This document shows, in pieces, positions 56,525 to 64,000 of a DNA stretch of 64,000 nucleotides (the stretch's first letter is position 1; the number at the start of each line of letters is the position of its first letter). Position numbers and translations under genes: made by a program. The stretch comes from a virus, in IMG/VR virus record IMGVR_UViG_3300032298_001038, positions 64,001-128,000 of that record; one strand, 5' to 3'. The notes beneath the pieces are model-generated. The model was not told the DNA's origin. It saw nothing but the letters and a program-made list of their open reading frames with translations, and did not search any database.

Positions 56525-57644
56525 TGGGTTCCTCGTTCATGAACTTAGAAAACTGCGCTTCCAATTCCTTTGCCGGGTCGTCCGCCGTCAAAAGAGCAGA
56601 AGCCAATTTGTATGACTCGTTATCGTCGCCGATTAAATCGGACAACGCGGACAATAGATCGTTCTTAACCGAATCGCGGTTTTGGGATTGCCGCGGAGCC
56701 ATCTTGTCGGTCAGCGCCTCGCAAAACAAGTGCGCCGAATCAGACACCACGGTTGTGATGCGCAAAAAAGCATCAGGGAGCCGTTTGTCAAACTTAACTC
56801 GAACAAGCGGCTTGTGGATATCATGGTGGTGCCCGGCGGACTTACTGTCTGAGATCAACTTTTCAATCTCTCGCGCCAGTCTGCCCGCGCACAATTCGTC
56901 AAGCAACTCAACGTCTTTTACGACGTAACTCAACGTGCCGCGAGTTTTCAGCGGCTTGTCTTCAAAAATAATCTCGCCGTTGTGCGCGGAGATAACAAAG
57001 AAAAACTTCGCCGGCTGCTCGCCCATATCTTGCATAGCCGTCGAGCCGGGCGAAAGCATCTTGATTGACTTGCCCTGCGCGTTGACACCTTCAGCCACTT
57101 TGGTCACGTGAAAGTCGCCCGCAAGCACGGTCTGCACATGATGCACATCGGTCAGTTCGCATTCCGTGCGGCCGATCTCGCCCATGAAGTCTTTCCAGAC
57201 CTGATGGGTCACCAAGATATCTGTATCCTCGGGTACGGCTTGAAACGCCGCCTGAATCTCGCCGCGAGGAAGCCAGTCGAGTCCCCGCACGCTAATGCTG
57301 GTAGCGCCAAAATCGGCGCTAATGTTGTGCAAGTGAATCGGCCACGGGTGGATGCTCAGCCACGGCGCGTTGCGATCGTATTCGTGATTGCCCTGAATGT
57401 AGTACACGTTCAGTTGCGCCGCCTGCATGCGCGATAGCCCCTCGCACAACTTGGCGATAGGGCGGGCAAGGTTTTGTTTCTTCTCTAGTACGTCGCCGCC
57501 AAGAATCAGCGGCAACCGGTGCGCAATGCAGTAGTCAATAATCTGCGCAAAACTGTAATAGGCATCGCCGTAAATGCCCGGCTTGGTTGACCAAGCCCCG
57601 TCCTCCAGATGGAGGTCGGCGCTAAACACAAAAAGCGGCTCCAC
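56466..57644 (-). CDS. SbcD/Mre11-like nuclease
   Basis: ADLHL, GGDV, QGNHE, VTHQ, GDFH, PGS. Confidence 0.9.
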   Translation of the reverse strand: MEPLFVFSADLHLEDGAWSTKPGIYGDAYYSFAQIIDYCIAHRLPLILGGDVLEKKQNLARPIAKLCEGLSRMQAAQLNVYYIQGNHEYDRNAPWLSIHPWPIHLHNISADFGATSISVRGLDWLPRGEIQAAFQAVPEDTDILVTHQVWKDFMGEIGRTECELTDVHHVQTVLAGDFHVTKVAEGVNAQGKSIKMLSPGSTAMQDMGEQPAKFFFVISAHNGEIIFEDKPLKTRGTLSYVVKDVELLDELCAGRLAREIEKLISDSKSAGHHHDIHKPLVRVKFDKRLPDAFLRITTVVSDSAHLFCEALTDKMAPRQSQNRDSVKNDLLSALSDLIGDDNESYKLASALLTADDPAKELEAQFSKFMNEEPNATSETGSEELGSPSTADV

Positions 57645-57655
57645 GCAAAAACCTC

Positions 57656-58306
57656 CTATTCATCATTGTCTGGTTTAAAAAACATGTCGAACTGCGACAT
57701 GCCATTATCATCGTCATCGTCGTCAAAATACTGGGCGTCTTCATCATAATTATTTTCGGGCGGCCAGAGTTTTTTGGTCGGACCGAACGGACCTTCGTGC
57801 CAGTTCTTGTGGTATTTCTCAAACGGGAAAAACTTCAGCAGCGTGTTGAAAAAGTTTGACACCAAGTCCGGCAGAGAATGTAAATCGTTTTTGGGCGTGT
57901 TCTTGTACAGCGCCAGCGTCTTTTTCCACTCTGTCGGTTTTCCGCTAAACCAGCCGTCGTCAGTCTTGATTTTTTTACTGGTTTCCGGCCCCTCCTCGAC
58001 TGTCACCAGTTTGAAGAACGACAACGAAAACATGTCGGCTAACTCGTCCATCGTAGGACCAGTCGCGACTTTGATTTTTCGAATCTTGTCTTTTTTCTGA
58101 ACCCGACTGAGCGCGCTATCGAAATCCTGATGCATCCCCTCCAGCGCCAAAGCCATTTTTGTTGCGTCAATAAAACTTTTCACACCCAAACCGTTCGGGT
58201 GCATCAAGTCCAGCACCGACCGCAGCAAATAGTATTCGCGGCGAAGTGTGGTGACGTACAGCCGGATGAATTGCATCTCCGACGGCGTCATAGCCGAAAA
58301 TTGCAT
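57656..58306 (-). CDS. hypothetical protein with acidic tail
   Basis: ORF track. Confidence 0.7.
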   Translation of the reverse strand: MQFSAMTPSEMQFIRLYVTTLRREYYLLRSVLDLMHPNGLGVKSFIDATKMALALEGMHQDFDSALSRVQKKDKIRKIKVATGPTMDELADMFSLSFFKLVTVEEGPETSKKIKTDDGWFSGKPTEWKKTLALYKNTPKNDLHSLPDLVSNFFNTLLKFFPFEKYHKNWHEGPFGPTKKLWPPENNYDEDAQYFDDDDDDNGMSQFDMFFKPDNDE

Positions 58307-58319
58307 GCCGCACCGCGCA

Positions 58320-58517
58320 CTACAGGGCTGGGCCGACGATCGAAACCTCGGGGATCGCTACCGTGTTTAAGATAGCATTAAATCCGTGTTCCGCCCAGTC
58401 GAATTTGTAGTGTGGGTTTTTTCTGTTTACACACTCCACTATCGTGAAATGAATTAACGGCCGGTCGCCGATACGCACCAGAACTTTGTCGCCGACACGG
58501 TACTTTCCGTCAAACAT
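58320..58517 (-). CDS. small SH3-like hypothetical protein
   Basis: YRVGDKVLV N-terminus. Confidence 0.55.
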   Translation of the reverse strand: MFDGKYRVGDKVLVRIGDRPLIHFTIVECVNRKNPHYKFDWAEHGFNAILNTVAIPEVSIVGPAL

Positions 58518-58544
58518 GTCGGCCTCCGTGCCGCAACCAGCAGG

Positions 58545-58781
58545 TTATCTATTTTTCTGCTTCCAAACTCTAAGCCGACGCTTCATCGACTCGGCGCTGT
58601 TGACAACCTCGTTCAGCACAGCAAGCAACTGGTCTGCCTGCTGGTCTGGCGAATACGTCTCCTCGTCGCTGGCCATGTCGTGCAAAACGTCATCCAGCAA
58701 TTCGTAAAGAATCCGGTATTCCGACTCGCCAATAATGTCGGGATCAATAAATATCTCACTGAGGTGCGGCATAGTGTTCAT
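58545..58781 (-). CDS. hypothetical protein
   Basis: ORF track, ATGA overlap. Confidence 0.6.
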   Translation of the reverse strand: MNTMPHLSEIFIDPDIIGESEYRILYELLDDVLHDMASDEETYSPDQQADQLLAVLNEVVNSAESMKRRLRVWKQKNR

Positions 58782-59083
58782 GTTTCTTTTACAAAAATAC
58801 CCTCGGGTGTCAGCGTGCCTTTACGATCTTTAATCGTGTCGTACGCGTAAGTAAGACATTCCGTCAAATCGGTCCCGTACAGTTCGCAATACAAGATCAG
58901 CGTCACAAGCACATCACCAATGCCGTCAATAATGCCGTCGTCGTCGCGTTTGAGCGTGGCGTCCGCCAGTTCGCCCAACTCGGACATTGTCTTCATGAGT
59001 TGCGCGGTCGTATTGCTGTTCGAAATAATTTGACGGTCTCGCGCCCACTGCAAAACTTTCTCTTCCAGTTCTTGAAACGTCAT
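58778..59083 (-). CDS. MazG-like nucleotide pyrophosphohydrolase
   Basis: KTMSELGELADA...DGIGDVLVTL...CLTYAYDTIKDRKG. Confidence 0.88.
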   Translation of the reverse strand: MTFQELEEKVLQWARDRQIISNSNTTAQLMKTMSELGELADATLKRDDDGIIDGIGDVLVTLILYCELYGTDLTECLTYAYDTIKDRKGTLTPEGIFVKET

Positions 59084-59301
59084 TTATCCTCCAATGAAAT
59101 AATTCCGTGCTCTGGCGGATTGTCCGTATCTAATATCGCGTTGCGTACGCTGATGTGCTGCGCAATCTCTGCACGTTGAGTTCGTACCTCGCGGCGAAGA
59201 GATTCAATGTGCGCTGCGGCTTCTAACGCTAATTGCGCTCCGTCAGCACGCGGCCGGCCGGCAGCCCACAGCGTCAATCGGTGCACAATGTCGGCGCTCA
59301 T
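59080..59301 (-). CDS. hypothetical protein
   Basis: ORF track, ATGA overlaps. Confidence 0.6.
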   Translation of the reverse strand: MSADIVHRLTLWAAGRPRADGAQLALEAAAHIESLRREVRTQRAEIAQHISVRNAILDTDNPPEHGIISLEDK

Positions 59302-59462
59302 TTCTCGTCTTCCATTGACACCAACTGCCCGTCGGCGTTTTCGACCAGCCCGGTGCGAATTACGATCTCGCCGTCGTCTTCCTGCTCAATCTCAAACCAT
59401 ACAGGCATAAAGTTATTTAGTGACTTGCGCAAATCGTCAAGCGTCATGTGCATGTTGGCCAT
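59298..59462 (-). CDS. small acidic protein (MANMHM..., 54 aa), not in the ORF track
   Basis: GGAG RBS, ATGA overlap with the next gene. Confidence 0.55.
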   Translation of the reverse strand: MANMHMTLDDLRKSLNNFMPVWFEIEQEDDGEIVIRTGLVENADGQLVSMEDEK

Positions 59463-59495
59463 AAATTACTCCGTAACTCATACGTCAGCCTCCGA

Positions 59496-59566
59496 ATGCC
59501 CGACTAGGATTCGAACCTAGACAAAGGGAACCAAAATCCCTTGTGCTACCGTTACACCATCGGGCA
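59496..59566 (-). tRNA. tRNA-Gln(UUG)
   Basis: TGCCCGA/TCGGGCA acceptor stem, AGGGA-TTTTGGT-TCCCT anticodon arm, GGTTCGAATCC T-arm. Confidence 0.9.
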
Positions 59567-59575
59567 ACTGCGCTT

Positions 59576-59734
59576 GCATCCCTGCGTTGACGACTTCCGA
59601 CACACGCTCGAAAGGAGTCCTCTTTGTTTAAACGTTGTCGGCTTCGGCGTTACAAACCCACGGCCGACTAGGGTGTTGGACCGCCGTCGATTAGAGCGGC
59701 TTTCAACGCCTTGCGACGTCGCGACGCTGGGCAC
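59576..59734 (-). ncRNA. candidate structured ncRNA (6S-like rod)
   Basis: nested long-range pairings found by eye; ~160 nt directly 5' of tRNA-Gln. Confidence 0.4.
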
Positions 59735-59746
59735 CAACCTGCCCTG

Positions 59747-60325
59747 CTATTTTTGTCTCGCTACGGCTGTCACGAATCTCTTAGCCAACTCGATTGTCGT
59801 TAAATTGTCTACCTCCGCGTTGTGCAACTGTCCGCCCATGTGCGGCGCATACAAATCACGCAACCGCGTCAGCGAATAACCGCCGGAGTGTTTTCCCGCC
59901 GCGTTCAAAAACCGCGCAATTGCCGCGGTGTCAAACGCCGGGTACGTAAAGTACATGTCCCACGTGCTGTTGTCGAGTAAATAAGCCCGCAAGAAACTGA
60001 CGTCAAACGCGACGTTGTGTCCGGCCGGAATTAACCGCGCCTTGCCAGACTTGCGAATCATCGCCTCGATGTACGAGCAGAGTTGATTGCTGGCCTCTTG
60101 CGCGGGGATCGCCGTGGCGTCGTGTTCAGCGATGTTGATTTTGTTCACGGAGAGCGCGCCTGCTGTAAGCGCATACTCTTCGTGCTTGATCTTCAAATAA
60201 AGCCCGTGTTCGCCGTTATCGCGGGGAATGATATTAAAATCTGGATCGACGCAAATCGCAGACACAGTAAGCAAACTGTGCTGCGGCGTCAGACCGCCTG
60301 TTTCCGTGTCGACGAACAGGTACAT
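59747..60325 (-). CDS. DEDDh 3'-5' exonuclease (DnaQ-like)
   Basis: VDTETGG, GHNVAFD, HNAEVD. Confidence 0.9.
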   Translation of the reverse strand: MYLFVDTETGGLTPQHSLLTVSAICVDPDFNIIPRDNGEHGLYLKIKHEEYALTAGALSVNKINIAEHDATAIPAQEASNQLCSYIEAMIRKSGKARLIPAGHNVAFDVSFLRAYLLDNSTWDMYFTYPAFDTAAIARFLNAAGKHSGGYSLTRLRDLYAPHMGGQLHNAEVDNLTTIELAKRFVTAVARQK

Positions 60326-60606
60326 TAGTTGAAGTGCTCTTCGGTTTCTTCGGGGTTGCCCTCAAACCCCACAAACTCACCACCTTCTTCGTTGAAGATG
60401 ATGCCGGGCGTTGTCTGCGCCGGGATGTCTTCCGCGGCAGCGTGGGCGGCACGAAGCAGCAACGCGTATATCTCGTCACCATGCTCCTTGCCGAACCTCA
60501 TGCATAAAAGCCCACGTACAGACAGATAAGCCTCGTACGGCTCAAAACCGTCGGCTGTCGGTTCGTAGTCATCAAAATCAGCAAAATCTGCGTTTGTCAT
60601 AACCAC
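60325..60606 (-). CDS. acidic hypothetical protein
   Basis: ORF track. Confidence 0.65.
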   Translation of the reverse strand: MVMTNADFADFDDYEPTADGFEPYEAYLSVRGLLCMRFGKEHGDEIYALLLRAAHAAAEDIPAQTTPGIIFNEEGGEFVGFEGNPEETEEHFN

Positions 60607-61746
60607 TCAAAAAATAACGGTGAGTGAAATCAATCGGTCTTTCAACGGGAACAAATACACTCCGCGCAAAGAGTAGAGGCGCGGAGTTTCGTGGCGCATG
60701 AGCACGATGTCTTCACCCGTCTCGGTTTCCCGAACAAGGCGTGCAGTGCTGTATGGGCCGAGAGTATCTTGGTTGGCGTCTAACACAACAAGAAGATCAG
60801 TCTCGGGAATCGGAAACCGAACTGTCGCCCCTACGGGACCAGTTGCGCCGGTGACGCCGATCCTAACAGATTCTCGACCCATGTCAAACACGTGTTCAAG
60901 TGCCGCGATGTCTTCAACATCAGCAACCGCTTGCACGATTGGCTTGAGCGGTTTGCCTAAGTTACCAGCCGCAATGTATTCAAACTGCGGCTTTGAAATC
61001 ACAGCGTAAATATCCAGTTGCTGTGCAACTACGCACAACGCAAGAAACAACGCCGTCGGAATATCTGGGCACAGTACTTCTGTTTTTACAATGCGCAGAT
61101 GTTCGTAGTCTTTGGGCACACAAACAAACTCGCCGCTTTCGAGCAGCACGAAATACCGGTTCGTGCCGTTGTCAAAAGCCAGCCCGCGAATTTCTGGCCC
61201 GCGCTGCGAGTTGCCAAGTGTCGCCGAAAAGTACACCAACTTTGCGTCTAACTTAGAAAGCACGTCGTCGGTAATATTTTCCGGTTCAAATACTCGCTTC
61301 ACGAGCCAGTGGTTAAAAAGTTCCGGGGGCGCCGCCGGTTTCTTAGCCGGGGCAGCATCCTCGGCTAGTTCGTCCGCAAGGCTCTGTACCAGTTCTTGCA
61401 GCGTTTCTTCGGTCAGCGGCTTCTCGCGCCCCATCAGGCCGATAAACGCCAACAGACTTGCCAGCAAGATTTCCGGGACCATTTCAGCCGGCACGCCGCT
61501 CTTGGTCACGATGGCTTTGTACTTTTCAGATAACAAAGCCTTGGTAATAGAAAAGGGAATTCGACTCCATTCGATCTCGGGCAGGCTCGCCAATAACTCG
61601 GCGATTGCAAACCCGGTGTTGCAGGACTTCGAGTGCCGAAGAAGTTCTACAAGGCCGGCCGTCAGAAATAACTTGTCCGCCGGCGGATGGCCAGAGATGT
61701 TCTCTAGAAAACTGTTAAACGGTTCTGTCAGGTGATTGTCGCTCAT
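60607..61746 (-). CDS. hypothetical protein
   Basis: 379-aa ORF. Confidence 0.75.
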   Translation of the reverse strand: MSDNHLTEPFNSFLENISGHPPADKLFLTAGLVELLRHSKSCNTGFAIAELLASLPEIEWSRIPFSITKALLSEKYKAIVTKSGVPAEMVPEILLASLLAFIGLMGREKPLTEETLQELVQSLADELAEDAAPAKKPAAPPELFNHWLVKRVFEPENITDDVLSKLDAKLVYFSATLGNSQRGPEIRGLAFDNGTNRYFVLLESGEFVCVPKDYEHLRIVKTEVLCPDIPTALFLALCVVAQQLDIYAVISKPQFEYIAAGNLGKPLKPIVQAVADVEDIAALEHVFDMGRESVRIGVTGATGPVGATVRFPIPETDLLVVLDANQDTLGPYSTARLVRETETGEDIVLMRHETPRLYSLRGVYLFPLKDRLISLTVIF

Positions 61747-62944
61747 TGGTAATTTTGCCCGCGTACACGTCGTTGCATGTTTGAAATAACTGACTGAACG
61801 TCGTTATTGTTGGTTGGTCTAAAAAGATGACGTGACCGCCGCGGATTTGAATCTCTGTTTGAAGGGTGTCGTCCGGCTTTGAAAACAGAACGAATGTGAA
61901 TCCAGTCTGGTGCGGCTCGACCATCCGAAGCGTTTCAAGGCGCTCCAAAAACAGTCGCACTCCGCGCTGACACTCGCCGGCGACGATCATCACGCCGCCG
62001 GGAGTGCCAAAAAAGTTTCGAAGTTGTTCGGTGTAGGCGAATAGGTCTACGTATGCCGCGGCGCCAACAGCGGCGCCAATCTCAGCGCCACGAATGTTAG
62101 GCGCGGTGTGCCGGCCGATCTCGCCAATCTCGGCGGCTACAAGGGCTGGCAGCCCCAAATCAAGTACGCCGGCTAGCAGACTCTTCTGCCTGTCAGCGTC
62201 AGCGGCAAAGCCAACGAGGCCAATCGCCTCTCCGTAGCCCATTCCGCGCTCGGCAGCAAAGCGAGCAACGGAATTGATATCAATAGGCGGCTGCGGGTGC
62301 GCAGCGTAGACGTCGTGCGACGCCGCGGTCAGCGTAGCGATTAGAAAGTCTACGTATTGCGCCTGAAAAAACGGCAGCAGTATTTGCGCCAGCGGGACGC
62401 CGGTTGATTCGTTACCTAAAAAAAAACCAACTGGTTTTTTGTTTGCATGCGCCAAATACACAACCCTAGCAGCGTCTTCGTAGGGTTTTACATCTTGGAT
62501 GGCGGGTTCTGTAAACGATACGCGCTCCGGCGGAAAAAACTCAGTGCCGGGATTGTGTGTGACAGCGTCAAACAAACAGAGGTTGCTGCGCATCTGCGGC
62601 GGCAATGACAGCCGGTCTGGTTCGCCAGCAGGAAGTTCCATAATGTTGCCGACGCCGCACAGCAACCACTCCGCGCGGATACCGATCTTGGTCACGATCT
62701 GCGCGGCCATGTTGATCGACAGCCGCGAATGGCCGTAGAGCACGCGGTACATGTGGCGGTAGCAGACACCAGCCGCTGCGGCCATCGCGTGTGAATCACC
62801 GTGGAACAACGCGTTGCATGCATATGCAAGTCGGGCTTTGACGGCAGGATACTCGTGCCAAACCTGCCTCTTGTTCTGCCCGTACTTTTCCATGGCGGCT
62901 TTATCGCGCCGCACACGGTTTTTACGCCCGCTTTTGTTGACCAT
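61715..62944 (-). CDS. HTH (Cro/CI-like) fused to a deoxyhypusine-synthase-like domain
   Basis: N-terminal MAAAAGV...MYRVLYG...AEWLLCGVG; C-terminal GMGYGEAIG, KSLLA...LGLP, GAAVG..AYVD, GGVMIVAG. Confidence 0.5.
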   Translation of the reverse strand: MVNKSGRKNRVRRDKAAMEKYGQNKRQVWHEYPAVKARLAYACNALFHGDSHAMAAAAGVCYRHMYRVLYGHSRLSINMAAQIVTKIGIRAEWLLCGVGNIMELPAGEPDRLSLPPQMRSNLCLFDAVTHNPGTEFFPPERVSFTEPAIQDVKPYEDAARVVYLAHANKKPVGFFLGNESTGVPLAQILLPFFQAQYVDFLIATLTAASHDVYAAHPQPPIDINSVARFAAERGMGYGEAIGLVGFAADADRQKSLLAGVLDLGLPALVAAEIGEIGRHTAPNIRGAEIGAAVGAAAYVDLFAYTEQLRNFFGTPGGVMIVAGECQRGVRLFLERLETLRMVEPHQTGFTFVLFSKPDDTLQTEIQIRGGHVIFLDQPTITTFSQLFQTCNDVYAGKITNERQSPDRTV

Positions 62945-63998
62945 TGTTTTCCTGTCGCTCTTGATCTTGCTGCCGCATCTTCTTGAGCAACCCGCTCCCC
63001 GCGCTTCTAAACTTGCCGTAGCCGCCAATCATGCGCTGCTTGGCCGTAGCGTTCAATGCCGCCGCGGTCAGGTCAATGTCTTCAGTCAACAGTTCTGACG
63101 GATAGCGCAAAAACGACAGCATTAACGTGTCGAGTTTATTTTCTGTCTCGTCCAGCCATCGCTCCTGCCAGTTCTTACCGCCAGACAACAACAACCGTTT
63201 GTGCTTCAAGATTTTTGTGCCACGGAAATTGATGCGCTCAACGGGTGACTTTTGCTCGGGCAGCGAAACAAACAGTTGCCGAAACTGGAGCCGCCAACCG
63301 CCGTCGACCGGGATAGGCACAAGCCGCCAGTACGCAGCAACTGTGTTGCGATGTATACGCAATTGCCGACTACGTTGTTGGATCAGCCGTTTGTATCTCT
63401 GCGTTTCACGCTGGATGATGAGCAGCGCTTCGGCCGCGTCGTCGGCACTGGCGTGGTTTGTCGAAGATATACGCGGCGCCGGAACAAACTGCTCGGTGAT
63501 GTACGGTGTCACGTAAATGCGTCCTGCGGCTCCTTGCCGAAGAAACGCGTTAATCACCAGCCGCATCTGCTGGTACTGCCGCATGGCGACTGCGCACCAA
63601 CACGACGGGCAGAAGTTCGAGTGCCCGCACGATTTAAACTTGCGGACGTTCTGCAACGCCGGCGGATATATCATCACCGTTGGGCAACAACTGGCGCACA
63701 GTTCAAACGCGCCAATAGCCCGCTGGGCGTCAAAGTAATGTTGATTTGGAATAATGCCGCGAACGAGAAAGTACTTATCGTACTTGGCCAGTTCGTAAGC
63801 ACGCGTTAAAAACTGCACGCGGCGAAAGTTAACACACGCCCGCATCGTTGGCAGGCTGTGGTCGCCGTCAGGCAAATCGTACGTGGCGGCGATGGCGGCA
63901 AGACACGGATTGCGGGACCGATAGCCGACAATAGGCAACGACCACCGCACAGCCTTTTGATAGGCGCTGTCGAAAACATCGAGTCCGACGGACATCAC
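62922..63998 (-). CDS. hypothetical protein with Cys motifs
   Basis: 358-aa ORF, CGHSNFCPSC; start lies at the window edge. Confidence 0.7.
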   Translation of the reverse strand: MMSVGLDVFDSAYQKAVRWSLPIVGYRSRNPCLAAIAATYDLPDGDHSLPTMRACVNFRRVQFLTRAYELAKYDKYFLVRGIIPNQHYFDAQRAIGAFELCASCCPTVMIYPPALQNVRKFKSCGHSNFCPSCWCAVAMRQYQQMRLVINAFLRQGAAGRIYVTPYITEQFVPAPRISSTNHASADDAAEALLIIQRETQRYKRLIQQRSRQLRIHRNTVAAYWRLVPIPVDGGWRLQFRQLFVSLPEQKSPVERINFRGTKILKHKRLLLSGGKNWQERWLDETENKLDTLMLSFLRYPSELLTEDIDLTAAALNATAKQRMIGGYGKFRSAGSGLLKKMRQQDQERQENNGQQKRA

Positions 63999-64000
63999 GC

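Noticed and set aside
62418-62426. A9 homopolymer as a phase-variation site in the HTH-DHS-like gene
   Set aside because: It is a single in-frame run (GFFL) with no other evidence of slippage.
1-64000. Prophage or integrative element
   Set aside because: No integrase, att-flanked boundary or host genes were recognised; the tRNAs and tmRNA appear intact and phage-borne.

Overview
The window is a 64-kb segment of a large (probably jumbo) dsDNA phage. Essentially all real genes lie on the minus strand. The host is possibly a planctomycete (inference only). Left to right: (i) 0.9-3.1 kb, a stand-alone Cas7/RAMP-like gene, a conserved 161-aa partner gene and a ~720-nt non-coding array of 5-nt periodic GGY-NN units punctuated by GGCAGGC, closed by an intrinsic terminator. 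This is a non-CRISPR, probably RNA-guided module matching my recollection of VIPR-type systems. (ii) 3.2-9 kb, a tmRNA, six tRNAs and small accessory ORFs. (iii) 9-29 kb, glycosyltransferases, thymidine and thymidylate kinases, a sulfotransferase, collagen-like and beta-roll-repeat fibre genes, a degenerate HD hydrolase and a probable portal. (iv) 29-40 kb, mostly hypothetical genes plus a RuvC-like resolvase. (v) 40-58 kb, a replication/recombination module: RecA-like, ParB-like, putative SSB, UDG-PolA fusion, primase, DnaB-like and SF2 helicases, a second RAMP-like protein, an IS110/Nop-like protein, and SbcC/SbcD. (vi) 58-64 kb, MazG-like, tRNA-Gln, a candidate 6S-like structured RNA, a DEDDh exonuclease and an HTH-deoxyhypusine-synthase-like fusion. 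All protein calls rest on motif recognition by eye; no database searches were run.
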